Positions 1-11,385 are shown, counted from the stretch's first letter. The stretch: DNA of 64,000 bases from Thermodesulfobacteriota bacterium (GCA_963675595.2 CAXXLZ010000002.1:4640001-4704000); one strand, 5' to 3'. Notes: a model not told the origin generated them from the sequence alone. A program made the numbers and translations.

Positions 1-423
1 CCCACGGAATATCGGGTCGACGTGCGCGCCGTGGCACCGGACGGCTATGAAGGTATCTGGTCGGAACAAACGAGCATGTTGGTCGTGCCGCCTCCCGCCC
101 CCCCGAAGGTTGAATTCCCCGACGAGTCGTCCGAAACGATCCGTCTGGGGGCTGAAGACTCGGACCATGGCATGCAATACCGTTTCCAGGTGGCGCAAGA
201 TCCGGATTTCAAAGGTCTTGTTTACGATGCCGTCTCGGACGACTCGGAGACGGCCATGAGCGGGCATCTGGAGCCGGGAGAATATTATGTGCGGGTCGCC
301 CTGGTTTCCGGAGATTTTCAGAGCGGTTTTTCGGGTCCGACCTCTTTTGTGACCGGAAACCGCTGGAAGCTTTTTTCAACCATACTGCTGACGATGATCA
401 CTCTGGCGGCCACCGTACCTTAA
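1..423 (+). CDS. C-terminal part of a membrane-anchored fibronectin-III-like (FecR-associated type) protein, 5' truncated by window
   Basis: Frame open from base 1; beta-rich FN3-like motifs (YRFQVAQDPDF, PGEYYVRVA) and a C-terminal hydrophobic helix; lies directly upstream of a CHASE2 kinase, a common pairing. Confidence 0.55.
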   Translation, partial: PTEYRVDVRAVAPDGYEGIWSEQTSMLVVPPPAPPKVEFPDESSETIRLGAEDSDHGMQYRFQVAQDPDFKGLVYDAVSDDSETAMSGHLEPGEYYVRVALVSGDFQSGFSGPTSFVTGNRWKLFSTILLTMITLAATVP

Positions 424-445
424 CCATCGGCGGGTTTCCATAACC

Positions 446-3094
446 ATGAAGACTCCATCCGCCCGGAACACCATCCCGAGAGCCCTCCGGGCGCGCTATG
501 CTTTTATCTTTGCCGTCGGGATCTGTTTGTTGGCCGTCGCCGACCAATTCACCTTGCTCTCTCCGTTGGACCGAGTCCTGCAAGATGTGGAATACAGAAT
601 CAGAGGAGTCAAGACTCCTCCCTCCCGCGTCCTCATTGTGGCCGTGGATGAACGAAGCCTCCACTCTTTGGGGCGATGGCCCATTTCCAGGAACCACTAC
701 GCGGAGCTTCTTGACCGATTGAAGGAGGCCGGCGCGGTGGGCTTCGACGTGGTTATGTCGGAACCGTCTCCGCAGGATGAGGTTTTGAGGGAAGCGATTG
801 AGCGTCACGGCAGGGTGGTTCTCCCCATGTATGTCTCTCGGGATTTGAAGCAGGTTCTGCCGACGGACGTTCTTACCGCTTCAGGAAGCCCCGTTGGGCA
901 CATCCACATGGAAATGGGACCGGACGGCATCGTTCGTCAAGTCCGGCACACAGTTCACGAAGGAGGTCGAAGGCGGCCTTCCATGGCCCTTGTTCTGGCG
1001 GTCCCGGCGCGGGGAGGCAACGGCAAATCGGACTCGTTTCGTCCTCCGGAGGGCAAGACGTTATTCGGCTTCGGCGAAAGAAAAAGCGTCGGCATCAACT
1101 ACTACGGGCCCCCCGGTACCTTCTTTCGGGTCTCTCTGGCGGATGTCCTTGACGGCAAGTTTTCCGAGTCATTTTTCAAAGACAAAATCATCCTTGTCGG
1201 AGTGACCGCCGAGGGCATTAAAGACGGATTAGGTACTCCCTTCAGTCGGAACCGCAACCAAATGGCGGGCGTTGAGCTTCAGGCCACCGTGTTGGCTAAC
1301 CTGCTGGACGGTTCTTGGCTGAAACCGATCAACGGCGCACTGAGGCTTGCCGCGGCGGTGGCGCTCTTCGTGGTCTTCTTTTTCTGGAGTATTCGGCCGG
1401 CCGGCCTGGGGAGTCTGGGAAGCCTGAGTATCATTCTCGCGACTCCGGCTCTTGTTCAGTTTGGACTATTCGCAAAGGCGTCGACGTGGATTTCGCCTTC
1501 GATCTTCCTCCTTGCCTTGGTGTGCGCCGGCGTGATCGGCCATGTATTCAAGCTGGAGCGCGTCGGTCTGCTGCTTTCCGAGGCCAACCGGGACTGGAAG
1601 GATTCATTCGACAGCATCGCCGACGGAATCGTTATTTTGGACTCGGCCTGTCATTGGGTCAAGACGAACCACGCAGCTGAAACAATGCTGGACGCCAAGC
1701 TGACTCAGCTAGTCACGGAAAGATGCCGGACCCTGTCGAAAAAAGCGGGTTACGACAAAGAGACCGGCAAGGGAGATGCGGGGCGGTATCATCCTGTGAT
1801 GGAGGAAGTGTCCGAAGCGCACTTGTCAAAACATTACGAAGTTACCTCCTTAGCCAGGATGGGTTCTGACAGGGAGTTCGCCGGCAGCGTGCATGTGCTG
1901 AGAGATGTCACCGATGAGAAGATTTCCCAATACGAAAGAAGAATTCTTCAGGAGCAGCTCCAGAAGGTACAGAAAACCGAAGCCATAGCGGTGCTGGCGG
2001 AAGGCATCGCGCACGATTTCAACAACATCCTTGCGGTGATGATGGGATATGCCGAGGCTTCCCTACTGGACACGCCCGACCAGTCGCACGTTCATGGGAA
2101 GATCGAGAAGATTGTGGCGGCCGGAGAGAGGGGCAAAGAACTTGTGGGGCAAATCCTCAGAATGGGCCGCAGCACGAAAAATGAGCGTAAGCCCGTACAG
2201 GTGAATTCCGCTGCGGGTGAGATTTTGAAACTGCTCAAGGCCGCCGTCCCCGCCACCATTCGGATTGAAGAGGATTTCAGGAGTGACTCATCGGTGATGG
2301 CGGACCCTTCGGAGCTTTACCAGGTCCTGATGAATCTCTGCGTCAACTCGGCTCAGGCAATGCAGGATCGGGGAGGCATCCTGAGAGTGGCGACACGAGA
2401 GGTGGACATAGATGAAATTATAGTGGGAGCGCGTCCCATCCTTCACCCGGGTCACTATCTTCGACTGAGTGTCGAAGACACGGGTCATGGGATCCCTCCC
2501 GAAATCATGGACAATATCTTCCAGCCGCACTTCACCACCAAAGCCGGAGGCAAAGGCACGGGACTCGGATTGGCCACGGCATCCAATATCGTGGAAAACC
2601 ATGGGGGGGCCATGGCGGTGGAGAGCAGGGTCGGGGAAGGCACGGTATTTCACGTGTTCCTGCCTCTAACGGATCGCCCCGTGCTTGAGGAAGAACGAAA
2701 AGAGACCGACGTTCCGGTCATGGGTCGGGAGCGGATTCTGTTCGTGGACGACGAGGAGAGCCTTCTGGAAATCGGCAGAGATGTGCTCGGGCGGCTGGGT
2801 TACCAGGTAACGACCTTTTTGGACCCCAGAGAGGCTTTGGCCCGGTTCTCGGAAGAGCCCGATGCTTTCGATCTCGTTGTAACGGACATGACCATGCCTT
2901 ATTTGACTGGGGATTCGCTCACACGGCAACTAAAGGAAGTCCGTCCGGATATCCCGGTGATTCTCTGCAGCGGCTTCAGCCACCGAATCGAAGAAGGGAC
3001 TGTCGAAAAAACGGACTTTCAGGCCGTGATGACCAAACCTTACACGATCGGCGGCCTTTCGAGAACTCTCAGAAAAGTACTCGATCAGGCTTAG
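446..3094 (+). CDS. CHASE2-PAS hybrid sensor histidine kinase with C-terminal receiver domain
   Basis: CHASE2 motifs (IVAVDERSL..LGRWP, GVELQA), 3 TM helices, H-box IAHDFNNIL, N-box LMNLCVNS, G-boxes DTGHGI/GTGLGL, REC domain (FVDDE, DMTMP, KP). Confidence 0.93.
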   Translation: MKTPSARNTIPRALRARYAFIFAVGICLLAVADQFTLLSPLDRVLQDVEYRIRGVKTPPSRVLIVAVDERSLHSLGRWPISRNHYAELLDRLKEAGAVGFDVVMSEPSPQDEVLREAIERHGRVVLPMYVSRDLKQVLPTDVLTASGSPVGHIHMEMGPDGIVRQVRHTVHEGGRRRPSMALVLAVPARGGNGKSDSFRPPEGKTLFGFGERKSVGINYYGPPGTFFRVSLADVLDGKFSESFFKDKIILVGVTAEGIKDGLGTPFSRNRNQMAGVELQATVLANLLDGSWLKPINGALRLAAAVALFVVFFFWSIRPAGLGSLGSLSIILATPALVQFGLFAKASTWISPSIFLLALVCAGVIGHVFKLERVGLLLSEANRDWKDSFDSIADGIVILDSACHWVKTNHAAETMLDAKLTQLVTERCRTLSKKAGYDKETGKGDAGRYHPVMEEVSEAHLSKHYEVTSLARMGSDREFAGSVHVLRDVTDEKISQYERRILQEQLQKVQKTEAIAVLAEGIAHDFNNILAVMMGYAEASLLDTPDQSHVHGKIEKIVAAGERGKELVGQILRMGRSTKNERKPVQVNSAAGEILKLLKAAVPATIRIEEDFRSDSSVMADPSELYQVLMNLCVNSAQAMQDRGGILRVATREVDIDEIIVGARPILHPGHYLRLSVEDTGHGIPPEIMDNIFQPHFTTKAGGKGTGLGLATASNIVENHGGAMAVESRVGEGTVFHVFLPLTDRPVLEEERKETDVPVMGRERILFVDDEESLLEIGRDVLGRLGYQVTTFLDPREALARFSEEPDAFDLVVTDMTMPYLTGDSLTRQLKEVRPDIPVILCSGFSHRIEEGTVEKTDFQAVMTKPYTIGGLSRTLRKVLDQA

Positions 3095-3158
3095 GGAGAT
3101 CGCGCAATACACCGATCATCGTCTTCTGCGTCGCGAATCTTCTTCGAGGAAATGCCCC

Positions 3159-4208
3159 ATGAGTTTTGTCAAAGGCGCGGATGCGTCGAAATCCTATGAG
3201 AATCGTGCCCTTTTGACTTGTCTCGAAGTGGGCAAATTGCTGATCTCCAACCTGGATCTGAAGGAGATTCTCCGACTGATCATGACCAAAGTAACGGAAG
3301 TGATCGAGGCGGAGAACTGGTCTCTCTTGCTTGAAGATGAAACTACGGGCGGACTCCGCTTCGAGATCGCAGTGGGAATCGACCGCGAGAAAATCAACGG
3401 GTTCAAATTGAAGCCCGGGGAAGGGGCGGCCGGCCATGCGGCCGAAACCGGTACCCTGCTGATCGTACCGGACGTTCACGGCGATCCCAGATTCAGCCCT
3501 CGTGTGGACCAACTGACCGGGTTCACCACTCATTCCCTGGTGTGCGTTCCTCTTCGGTTTCAAGATGAGGTCTTAGGGGTTATTGAGATCGTAAACATCA
3601 AAGATTTCGTGGAATTTGAATCCAAAGTTTTACCGGTTCTGACGATTCTAGCCGATTATGCCGCTATTGCCATTGAGCATTCCCGGTTGTTCGATCGAAT
3701 TCGGAGGATGAGCATCACGGATGAGTACACCGGACTGTATAACGCCCGATACCTCCATCAGATACTGGGAGGGCTTGTGAATGAAGCGCGCAGCGGGTCC
3801 CGGAGCCTGGCCGTTGTGTTCGTGGACGTGGATCATTTCAAGCGGATCGTGGATACTCGGGGACATCCCGCCGGCAGCTTGGTTCTGAAAGAGATCGGGC
3901 AAACCATACAATCCTGTCTCTCAGAAGATGACTTACTGATCAAATACGGGGGCGATGAGTATGTGCTGTTGCTTCCCGGCCGCAACCGTGATTCGGCTTG
4001 GGGACTCGTTCGTCGTGTACAGGAAGCGATTCGGGCGTCCAAGTACCTCCTGTCCGATCCGGAACCGGTTTCCGTCACCGCCAGCTTCGGAATCGCCTTA
4101 TGCCCTGATGATGCTCGGAACGAAAAGGACCTTCTGATCCTGGCGGACCAGATGATGTATTCCATCAAGCGGACTACCAAAGACGGGATCGGCATTCACC
4201 CGCGGTAA
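3159..4208 (+). CDS. GAF-domain diguanylate cyclase (GGDEF family)
   Basis: N-terminal GAF; TDEYTGLYN, DVDHFK, KYGGDEY, SFGIA motifs. Confidence 0.9.
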   Translation: MSFVKGADASKSYENRALLTCLEVGKLLISNLDLKEILRLIMTKVTEVIEAENWSLLLEDETTGGLRFEIAVGIDREKINGFKLKPGEGAAGHAAETGTLLIVPDVHGDPRFSPRVDQLTGFTTHSLVCVPLRFQDEVLGVIEIVNIKDFVEFESKVLPVLTILADYAAIAIEHSRLFDRIRRMSITDEYTGLYNARYLHQILGGLVNEARSGSRSLAVVFVDVDHFKRIVDTRGHPAGSLVLKEIGQTIQSCLSEDDLLIKYGGDEYVLLLPGRNRDSAWGLVRRVQEAIRASKYLLSDPEPVSVTASFGIALCPDDARNEKDLLILADQMMYSIKRTTKDGIGIHPR

Positions 4209-4459
4209 TGCATGATATCCTTTCCGCCCGCGTTTTCACAGGTTGCTTTCCACCCTCCGGGACGTACGCCGGTGTAGGTCGTTCCATTCCAGGCCGACTC
4301 AGGGGTAGGGTAGGGAATCTCCGCCTGACTCGTCGGCTCCTCTGCTCTCTTTGTTTGCGGCCCCGGGCGGTGGTCGTGGTCAGGGCATGAAAATTGCTTC
4401 CAGTGTGCGGATAGACGAGAAACCAACGGTCCTACAGAGGAAACGGAGGAATAGAACCT

Positions 4460-6784
4460 TTGGAGCACATGAAGCTTTTGTGCGATTTCAGTGAGATAAA
4501 CTGGGTCTTCGCGGACAGCGCCAGTATAGAGACCTTTCTGCAGAAGATCGTGACCATGGTCGCCAAACATATGCAGGCCCACGTCAGTTCCATATATCTT
4601 TATGATGAAGCCGAGCATGAATTGACACTTCGTGCCACCCAAGGCCTTAACCCCGATGCGGTCAATCGGGTGAAACTCCGGTTGGGAGAGGGGATCACCG
4701 GACTGGCCCTGAAGGAACTGCGGCCGGTCACACAAAGAGGAGGCGAAGTCCATCCCAATTACAAGGCGATCCCCGGGATATTCGAAGAGAATTTCGAGTC
4801 CTTCCTCGCGGTTCCCATCGTCCGAGGCGTATCCCGGGTGGGCGTTCTCACCGCGCAAAGGGTGAGGGAGCGAAACTTCACCGACGAAGATGTCATGGCC
4901 ATGCGGGCCATTGCCTCCCAGTTGGCCAACATACTTGAAAACGCCAAACTGCTTATGGGGCTGGAGGGGAAGCTCCTCTCTCCGACGAGGGAAGAGTCTC
5001 TCTCGGACCTGAAGTTCCTCAAAGGGAAGAAGGCCGCTCCGGGATTCGCGTATGCTCCCACCAGGGTGGTAGACCGCGGGCGGGGGCTTTCCTTTTTGTA
5101 TCGACGCGAGATTCAAGGCGAATATGGAATCGAAGATTTCCGCCGTGCGCTGTCCGCAACGGAACAACAGCTTTCCACGCTCCAGACCGAAATCGGTGAG
5201 AGGCTGTCGGACGCCGCCTCTTTGATCTTTACCTCCCACTTGCTGATCTTGAAGGACCGGAGATTTGTTGGAGCCATTGAGGAGATGATCGAGGAGGGGA
5301 TCAACCCACCTGAAGCGGTCCGGTCGGTGGCGGAAAAATATGTAGAGGCCTTTTCCAAGAGCTCCGATCCCTACATCAAAGAAAAAGCTTCGGACCTTCT
5401 GGACCTGGCTCTGCGGCTATTTTCCAACATTATAGAGGACACGGGGGAGGTCTATACTTTCAGGGGCCGGGTCGTGGTTGCCCGTGATCTGTTTCCTTCG
5501 GACTTCCTTAGGATGTCTTCCGAAGGGGTTGCGGGTATCGTCATGGCCACCGGCGGTGTGACTTCCCACCTTTCCATACTGGCCCGCTCCCTTCGGATTC
5601 CCATGGTCATCGTGGACGAGCCGCGTCTGCTTGGATTGCCCGAGTCGAGTCTGTTGCTGCTGGATGCGGAATTGGGGAACATTTATGTGAATCCGTCCGA
5701 GGAAGTGGTTTCCGCGTTCAATAAACGCAACGAAGCCAGATCGAAGGCGGATGCGGACAAACTTCGTATGGAGCCGGTTTCGCATACGCGGGACGGTGTG
5801 CGCGTCCGACTCCTGGCGAATATCAATCTTCTCACCGACCTCGATCTGGCCCGCGAGATGAAGTGTGAGGGCATCGGCCTTTATCGAACGGAATTTCCTT
5901 TCATCATTCGTTCCGATTTTCCCTGTGAGGAAGAGCAGTATGTAGTCTATCGGAAGCTCATCGAGGCCTGTCCCGGCAAGCCGATCACGCTTCGTACCCT
6001 GGACATCGGGGGCGACAAGGTGCTTTCTTATTTTCCGAGAATTCGGGAGCAGAATCCGTTTCTGGGCTTACGATCGATTCGCTTCACTCTTAAGCACAAG
6101 GACATCCTGGTCGCTCAGGTTCGCGCCATGCTGCGGGCGGGCAAGGGCGCCGATTTGCGCATCATGTTTCCCATGATTTCCTCCATTGAGGAATTTCGCC
6201 GGGCCAAAGACGTGGTGAGAGAGTGTATCGCGGACCTGACCAAGGAAAAAGTGGAACACAACTCAAAGCCCGGGATCGGAATGATGGTCGAGGTGCCGTC
6301 GGTGGTGGATCTTGCCGACGATTTTGCCCGACAGGCCGACTTCTTTTCACTGGGAACCAACGATTTCATTCAGTATCTGCTGGCCGTGGATCGGACGAAC
6401 GAAAAGGTCGGTGATTTGTATATTCCGCATCATCCTGCAGTGCTGCGGAGCCTCAAGAGAGTGGCCGATGCGGCTTTGAGAGCGGATATCGAGCTGTCCG
6501 TGTGCGGCGACATGGCCCACGACGTGAGACTCTTGCCGTTTCTTCTGGGTATCGGAGTTCGTCACCTGAGTATGGCCCCGGTTTACCTTCCGAAGGTGCA
6601 ACGGGCGGTGCTGGACCTCTCTTATCAAGATGCCGGAGAACTGACGGGTGCTCTCATTCGGGCGAACGAGGTACGGGAGGTGGAACGGTTGTTGGACAAG
6701 ACCGTTCCGCGTGGTGTACCGACCTCACGAGTGGTCGAGGCAGGGGTGGTCCACGACGGCTTGTCCAACGCCGTCTCGGGCTAG
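4460..6784 (+). CDS. ptsP: Phosphoenolpyruvate-protein phosphotransferase with N-terminal GAF (EI-Ntr type)
   Basis: GAF domain, GGVTSHLSILARS phospho-His motif, GIGLYRTEF, EQNPFLGLRSIR, SLGTNDF, SVCGDMA; TTG start after GGAGGA RBS. Confidence 0.93.
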   Translation: MEHMKLLCDFSEINWVFADSASIETFLQKIVTMVAKHMQAHVSSIYLYDEAEHELTLRATQGLNPDAVNRVKLRLGEGITGLALKELRPVTQRGGEVHPNYKAIPGIFEENFESFLAVPIVRGVSRVGVLTAQRVRERNFTDEDVMAMRAIASQLANILENAKLLMGLEGKLLSPTREESLSDLKFLKGKKAAPGFAYAPTRVVDRGRGLSFLYRREIQGEYGIEDFRRALSATEQQLSTLQTEIGERLSDAASLIFTSHLLILKDRRFVGAIEEMIEEGINPPEAVRSVAEKYVEAFSKSSDPYIKEKASDLLDLALRLFSNIIEDTGEVYTFRGRVVVARDLFPSDFLRMSSEGVAGIVMATGGVTSHLSILARSLRIPMVIVDEPRLLGLPESSLLLLDAELGNIYVNPSEEVVSAFNKRNEARSKADADKLRMEPVSHTRDGVRVRLLANINLLTDLDLAREMKCEGIGLYRTEFPFIIRSDFPCEEEQYVVYRKLIEACPGKPITLRTLDIGGDKVLSYFPRIREQNPFLGLRSIRFTLKHKDILVAQVRAMLRAGKGADLRIMFPMISSIEEFRRAKDVVRECIADLTKEKVEHNSKPGIGMMVEVPSVVDLADDFARQADFFSLGTNDFIQYLLAVDRTNEKVGDLYIPHHPAVLRSLKRVADAALRADIELSVCGDMAHDVRLLPFLLGIGVRHLSMAPVYLPKVQRAVLDLSYQDAGELTGALIRANEVREVERLLDKTVPRGVPTSRVVEAGVVHDGLSNAVSG

Positions 6785-6979
6785 TGCATCGTGAGGACGT
6801 CCTCTGAATGTGACTTCAACCGCGAGTGTCGCGTCGTTTCGTCGGACGCCGCGTTCGGAACCGTCAAGCCTGCCTGACACGCACCGATCAAACGCCCACG
6901 TATCCGAACGGTGCCATGCGCGGCTATGGCGCCGACCGCCTTGCGCCACGATTGCCTTCGGCAACGATCGTTTGCCGGG

Positions 6980-8557
6980 TTATATCTTTGCGGACCCGGA
7001 CTTTCCAAACTTCTTTGCCAGAGGACGGTAGAGGAGTTCGATCTCCGGACAACGCAGAAGTACCGCCAACAACAGAAAAGTGATCCCTCCCACAAGCATC
7101 TGCAACAGCAGGTGCAATGCCGCCCCTCCGGGCAAAGGCAGCTTTGCCGTCAGCAGCGCCGTTGCCGCCAAACCAACGGAAGCCGCCGTGGTTTTCGCAA
7201 GAGACCTAAGTATGTTCCTTCCGTCCATACGGTGAATCTTTTTTCTGAGCAATATGACCAAGAGTCCGAAATTGATTGCGGAAGAAAGAGAATTCGCCAA
7301 GGCCAGCCCCCGAAATTCCAGGGGACCCATGAGCGCCACGCTGAGGCCGATATTGGCGAGAAGAGCCAGGATGGCTATGCCGGCCGGAGTTTTGGAATCC
7401 TGCAGAGCGAAGAAACCCGACAGGAGAATCCTGACTCCCGAAAAAGCCCACAAGCCCAAGGCGTAATAGAGCAGTGCGGAGGCCGTGTGCTCAGCCGCGA
7501 TATGATCGAAGGCACCTCGCTGGAAAAGAACGATGATCATGGGGTCCCTGAGTGCGATAAGACCGGCCATGCAGGGGAAGGTGATGAAAAACAGCAACCT
7601 GAGAGAGTAGGAGAACGTCTGGACGAAACCGTGCATATCCCCATCCGCGACGTGGCGGGACATACTGGGAAGGCTGGCGGTGCCCAAGGCGATGGCGAAG
7701 ATGCCCAGCGGAAATTGCACGAGGCGGTCCGCATAGTAGAGATAGGACACGCTGCCCGCGGCCAGAAGAGACGCCAAAAGGGTGCCCACCAGGACGTTGA
7801 CCTGATATACGGCGGCTCCTAAAACCGTAGGCGCCATGAGTTTCAGTATCTTCATGAGAGCGGGATGTCGGAAGTGGAAAGACGGCCTGAAAGAGAATCC
7901 CTGTCGCGACATGAAAGGGACTTGAAGAAGCAGCTGCACCAAACCTCCGGCAACAACCCCCCAGGCCAATGCGAAAGCGGGGTCCTCCATGAGACGTCCC
8001 AGGGAAAAAACCGCCGCGATCATGGAGAGGTTCAGAAGCGCGGGCGCTGCGGCGGGCGCCGCGAAGTGCCCCAACGAGTTGAGAACTCCCATGCATCCGG
8101 CCACGAGGCCGATGAAAAAGATGTAAGGAAAGGTGATTCGCGTCAGTTCAACGGTAATTTCCAGTTTGCCGGGATCGTCGGTAAAACCGGGAGCGATGAG
8201 ATGCACAAGGGCGGGCGCGAAAGCCAGTCCCAGGGCCGTCACTCCCATCAGAAACAGAGCCTGCAAGGTGAGCACGGACCGGGCCGCCTCCATGGCGGCG
8301 GGCTTGCCCTGCCGGGTCAAGGTTTCCGTGAATACGGGAACAAAGGCCACCGTGAAGGAGCCTTCGGCAAAAAGTCGACGTAAGAGGTTAGGTAGGCGGA
8401 AGGCCACGAAGAAAGCGTCGGCCGAAGCGGCCGTGCCCAGAAAATAGGCGATGACCACATCACGGAGAAATCCCAGTATGCGACTGGTGAGGGTGGCGGC
8501 TCCCACCACACCCGCCGCGCGCGTAACGTTCTTCCGTTCATCGGACGGCATTTTCAT
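6980..8557 (-). CDS. murJ: Lipid II flippase MurJ (MviN)
   Basis: SRILGFLRD, AFRLPNLLRRLFAEG, LYYADRLVQFPLG motifs; multi-TM. Confidence 0.96.
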   Translation of the reverse strand: MKMPSDERKNVTRAAGVVGAATLTSRILGFLRDVVIAYFLGTAASADAFFVAFRLPNLLRRLFAEGSFTVAFVPVFTETLTRQGKPAAMEAARSVLTLQALFLMGVTALGLAFAPALVHLIAPGFTDDPGKLEITVELTRITFPYIFFIGLVAGCMGVLNSLGHFAAPAAAPALLNLSMIAAVFSLGRLMEDPAFALAWGVVAGGLVQLLLQVPFMSRQGFSFRPSFHFRHPALMKILKLMAPTVLGAAVYQVNVLVGTLLASLLAAGSVSYLYYADRLVQFPLGIFAIALGTASLPSMSRHVADGDMHGFVQTFSYSLRLLFFITFPCMAGLIALRDPMIIVLFQRGAFDHIAAEHTASALLYYALGLWAFSGVRILLSGFFALQDSKTPAGIAILALLANIGLSVALMGPLEFRGLALANSLSSAINFGLLVILLRKKIHRMDGRNILRSLAKTTAASVGLAATALLTAKLPLPGGAALHLLLQMLVGGITFLLLAVLLRCPEIELLYRPLAKKFGKSGSAKI

Positions 8558-8902
8558 CAAACGAGTTCCCAGGGAAAGGGGTTTTCAAAATTGATGAATC
8601 TAATGGGGTGCCGCCGCTTTTTCAAGGTGCAAGAGGAGCGGGCGAATGGGTTGAGCCTCGGCGGGGAAGGTTGGAAAACGTATAAAACGGCCAAGTTGCT
8701 AAACCGAGCCCAAAACGACTTGGTCTTTATGGTTAAGAAGTGTTTTTCAGAGTGGCCAAAGTTGTGTTTGGCGCTTGACGCGAAAGGGAAGGTTTGTGTA
8801 CCTTCTAAAATTCCGATAAAATCATAAAACGGAAGAGGCTTCCCAAACCCGGACACTGATGACGCCGGGAGACCCTGCCGATAGGGAGTGTTCATCGGAA
8901 CC

Positions 8903-9328
8903 ATGATTGCCTATGATCTTCAATGCGGCGAAGGACACAAATTCGAAGGCTGGTTCGATAACGCGGACGCATTTTCGGACCAACTTGCCAGGGGATTGAT
9001 CACATGTCCCATGTGCGGAAGTTCGCAAATCGAAAGACTATTCTCGTCCTTCACCATCAAGAATTCTCAGCGGGCCGCCATGCCGGGCGACGGTGAAGAG
9101 CAGGCCGCCATACCGGAAAAGATCGTCCAAGCCTTTTACCGGCATTTGGAGAGTGAGTTCGAGGACGTGGGCGCGAACTTCGCAAAGGAGGCCCTGAAGA
9201 TTCACTACGGGGTGTCCGAAAAGACGAAGATACGGGGAGTGACCACCGAACAAGAAGAAGAGACGCTCAAAAAAGAGGGCGTGACCTACCTCAAAGTGCC
9301 GGTACCTCGTTTGACGCCTGATTCTTGA
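8903..9328 (+). CDS. DUF1178 family protein (Zn-ribbon)
   Basis: MIAYDLQC..GHKFEGWF, CPMCGS, EDVG..FA.EALKIHYG, IRG motifs. Confidence 0.85.
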   Translation: MIAYDLQCGEGHKFEGWFDNADAFSDQLARGLITCPMCGSSQIERLFSSFTIKNSQRAAMPGDGEEQAAIPEKIVQAFYRHLESEFEDVGANFAKEALKIHYGVSEKTKIRGVTTEQEEETLKKEGVTYLKVPVPRLTPDS

Positions 9329-9425
9329 AGCTGAACCCTCTCAGCGAAACAACATCCGCCGCTCCATTCTTCTCGATCGATCCGTCGCAACTTCCCGTTA
9401 TCAGTGGCCTCGGAGGGGTTTCCCG

Positions 9426-11204
9426 TCAAGGGGACTGCTTCTTTCGTGAAGTCTCGATTCTGAGACCCAGCTCGGCCAATTGCATGGCTTCCACTTCAGC
9501 GGGTGCGTCGGTAACCGGGCAGGCGCCTTTCTGAGTCTTGGGGAAGGCGATGACGTCGCGGATGGTCTTGCCTCCGAGCATGAGCGTGATCAGGCGATCC
9601 AGGCCCAAAGCGATGCCGCCGTGAGGAGGGGCTCCGTATTGGAAGGCCTCGAGAAGAAACCCGAACTTTTTCCGGGCCTCTTTCTTGGATATGGACAGAG
9701 CCTCAAAAACCCGCTCCTGCATTTCCGAATCGTGAATTCGGATGCTTCCTCCTCCCACTTCCACTCCGTTCAGCACCAGATCGTAAGCGCGTGATCGCAC
9801 TTTTTCCGGACTGTCGGACAGGAGTTCCACATCCGCTTCCACGGGGGCGGTGAAGGGATGGTGCACGGAAACGTACCTTTTTTCCGTCGGATCGAACTTG
9901 AGCAGGGGGAATTCGGTCACCCACATGAACTGGAAGCGACGATGGTCCACCAGCTCCATGCGACGGCCCAGGGCCAACCGCACTTGTGCTAGAGAGTCGT
10001 TCACGATCTTGGGCTGATCCGCTCCGAAAAGCACCAAGTCTCCGTTTTCCATGCCCAAGGCTTCCGCGAGACCCGTTTTTTCCGAATCGCTCAGGAACTT
10101 GGTGATGGGCGACATCCATTCGTTCCCTTCCACCTTGATCCAGGCCATGCCTTTGGCCCCAAAGCGTCCGGCGAGGTCGGTGAGCTCATCCAACTCCTTG
10201 CGTGAGACCACGTGTCCGCCTTTTACGTTCATGGCCTTGACCACGCCCCCTCCGGTCGCCGCCTTTTGAAAGACTTTCAGGCTGGTTTGGTGGAAGAGGT
10301 GGGTTACGTCCACCATTTCGAATCCGAAGCGGGTGTCCGGGCAGTCGGTACCGTAACAAAGCATGGCTTCGTGGTAGGACATGCGCGGGAACGGGGTTGT
10401 GAGCGGATAGTCCAGGAGTTCCCGAAACAAGCGGGTGATGAGCCGTTCGATGATGTCAATGACGTCCGACTCATCGACGAAGGACAGTTCCATGTCCAGT
10501 TGGGTGAATTCCGGTTGCCGATCCGCACGGAGGTCTTCATCGCGGAAACACCGAACGACTTGGTAGTACCGATCGAGACCGGACACCATGAGTAGTTGCT
10601 TGAACAACTGAGGAGACTGGGGGAGCGCATAGAACTGTCCGATGTTCAGACGGCTCGGCACCAGAAAATCTCTAGCCCCCTCAGGCGTGCTCCGTGTGAG
10701 CACCGGGGTTTCCACCTCGATAAAGTTTTCATTTCCAAGGAAGTTTCGAATGGTGTCGTTCACTCGGTGCCGGAACATCAGATTTCGGGTCATGAAGGGG
10801 CGACGGATGTCCAAATACCGGTATTTGAGACGTATGGAGTCCCCCAAATCTTCTTCATCAAGGTCGAAAGGGGGGGTCTTGGACTTGTTCAGGATTTCCA
10901 GCTCAACGGCCGGCACTTCAACGGTGCCGGTGGGCAGAGAGGGATTGACGGTTTCTTCGTCTCTCAGACGCACGACGCCTCGAACCGCGACCACGAATTC
11001 GGTTCGCAGGTCGTTGGCCAGGGAGTGTGCTTCGCGGGATTGCTCAGGGTTGAAGACCACTTGCACCACACCGCTGCGGTCTCTCACATCCACAAAGACC
11101 ACGCCGCCATGGTCTCTAATGGTGTGAACCCAACCGTTGAGACAGACCTCACGATCCAGCATCGATTCCTGGATCTGTCCGCAATAATGCGTCCGTTTAA
11201 GCAT
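9426..11204 (-). CDS. aspS: Aspartate--tRNA ligase (possibly non-discriminating type)
   Basis: MLKRTHYCG start, RDHGG, STPEGARDF, LPQSPQLFKQ, FRDEDLRADRQPEFTQ, PPHGGIALGLDR, IAFPKT. Confidence 0.97.
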   Translation of the reverse strand: MLKRTHYCGQIQESMLDREVCLNGWVHTIRDHGGVVFVDVRDRSGVVQVVFNPEQSREAHSLANDLRTEFVVAVRGVVRLRDEETVNPSLPTGTVEVPAVELEILNKSKTPPFDLDEEDLGDSIRLKYRYLDIRRPFMTRNLMFRHRVNDTIRNFLGNENFIEVETPVLTRSTPEGARDFLVPSRLNIGQFYALPQSPQLFKQLLMVSGLDRYYQVVRCFRDEDLRADRQPEFTQLDMELSFVDESDVIDIIERLITRLFRELLDYPLTTPFPRMSYHEAMLCYGTDCPDTRFGFEMVDVTHLFHQTSLKVFQKAATGGGVVKAMNVKGGHVVSRKELDELTDLAGRFGAKGMAWIKVEGNEWMSPITKFLSDSEKTGLAEALGMENGDLVLFGADQPKIVNDSLAQVRLALGRRMELVDHRRFQFMWVTEFPLLKFDPTEKRYVSVHHPFTAPVEADVELLSDSPEKVRSRAYDLVLNGVEVGGGSIRIHDSEMQERVFEALSISKKEARKKFGFLLEAFQYGAPPHGGIALGLDRLITLMLGGKTIRDVIAFPKTQKGACPVTDAPAEVEAMQLAELGLRIETSRKKQSP

Positions 11205-11385
11205 GCCCGATTTCCATTGATACCACGAGGTTGATCGATATTCGCCCAAGCTTTGGAAAAGGGCTACTATAGGAGCGAGTCCCGGATTTGTAAAGCAAAA
11301 CTTCCGGAAGGATATCCGGTGAGCGCGGGTGGACGGACCCGGGAAGAACGTCCCCGCACCTGTTTTCATTCGTCTGTGCTTCCCC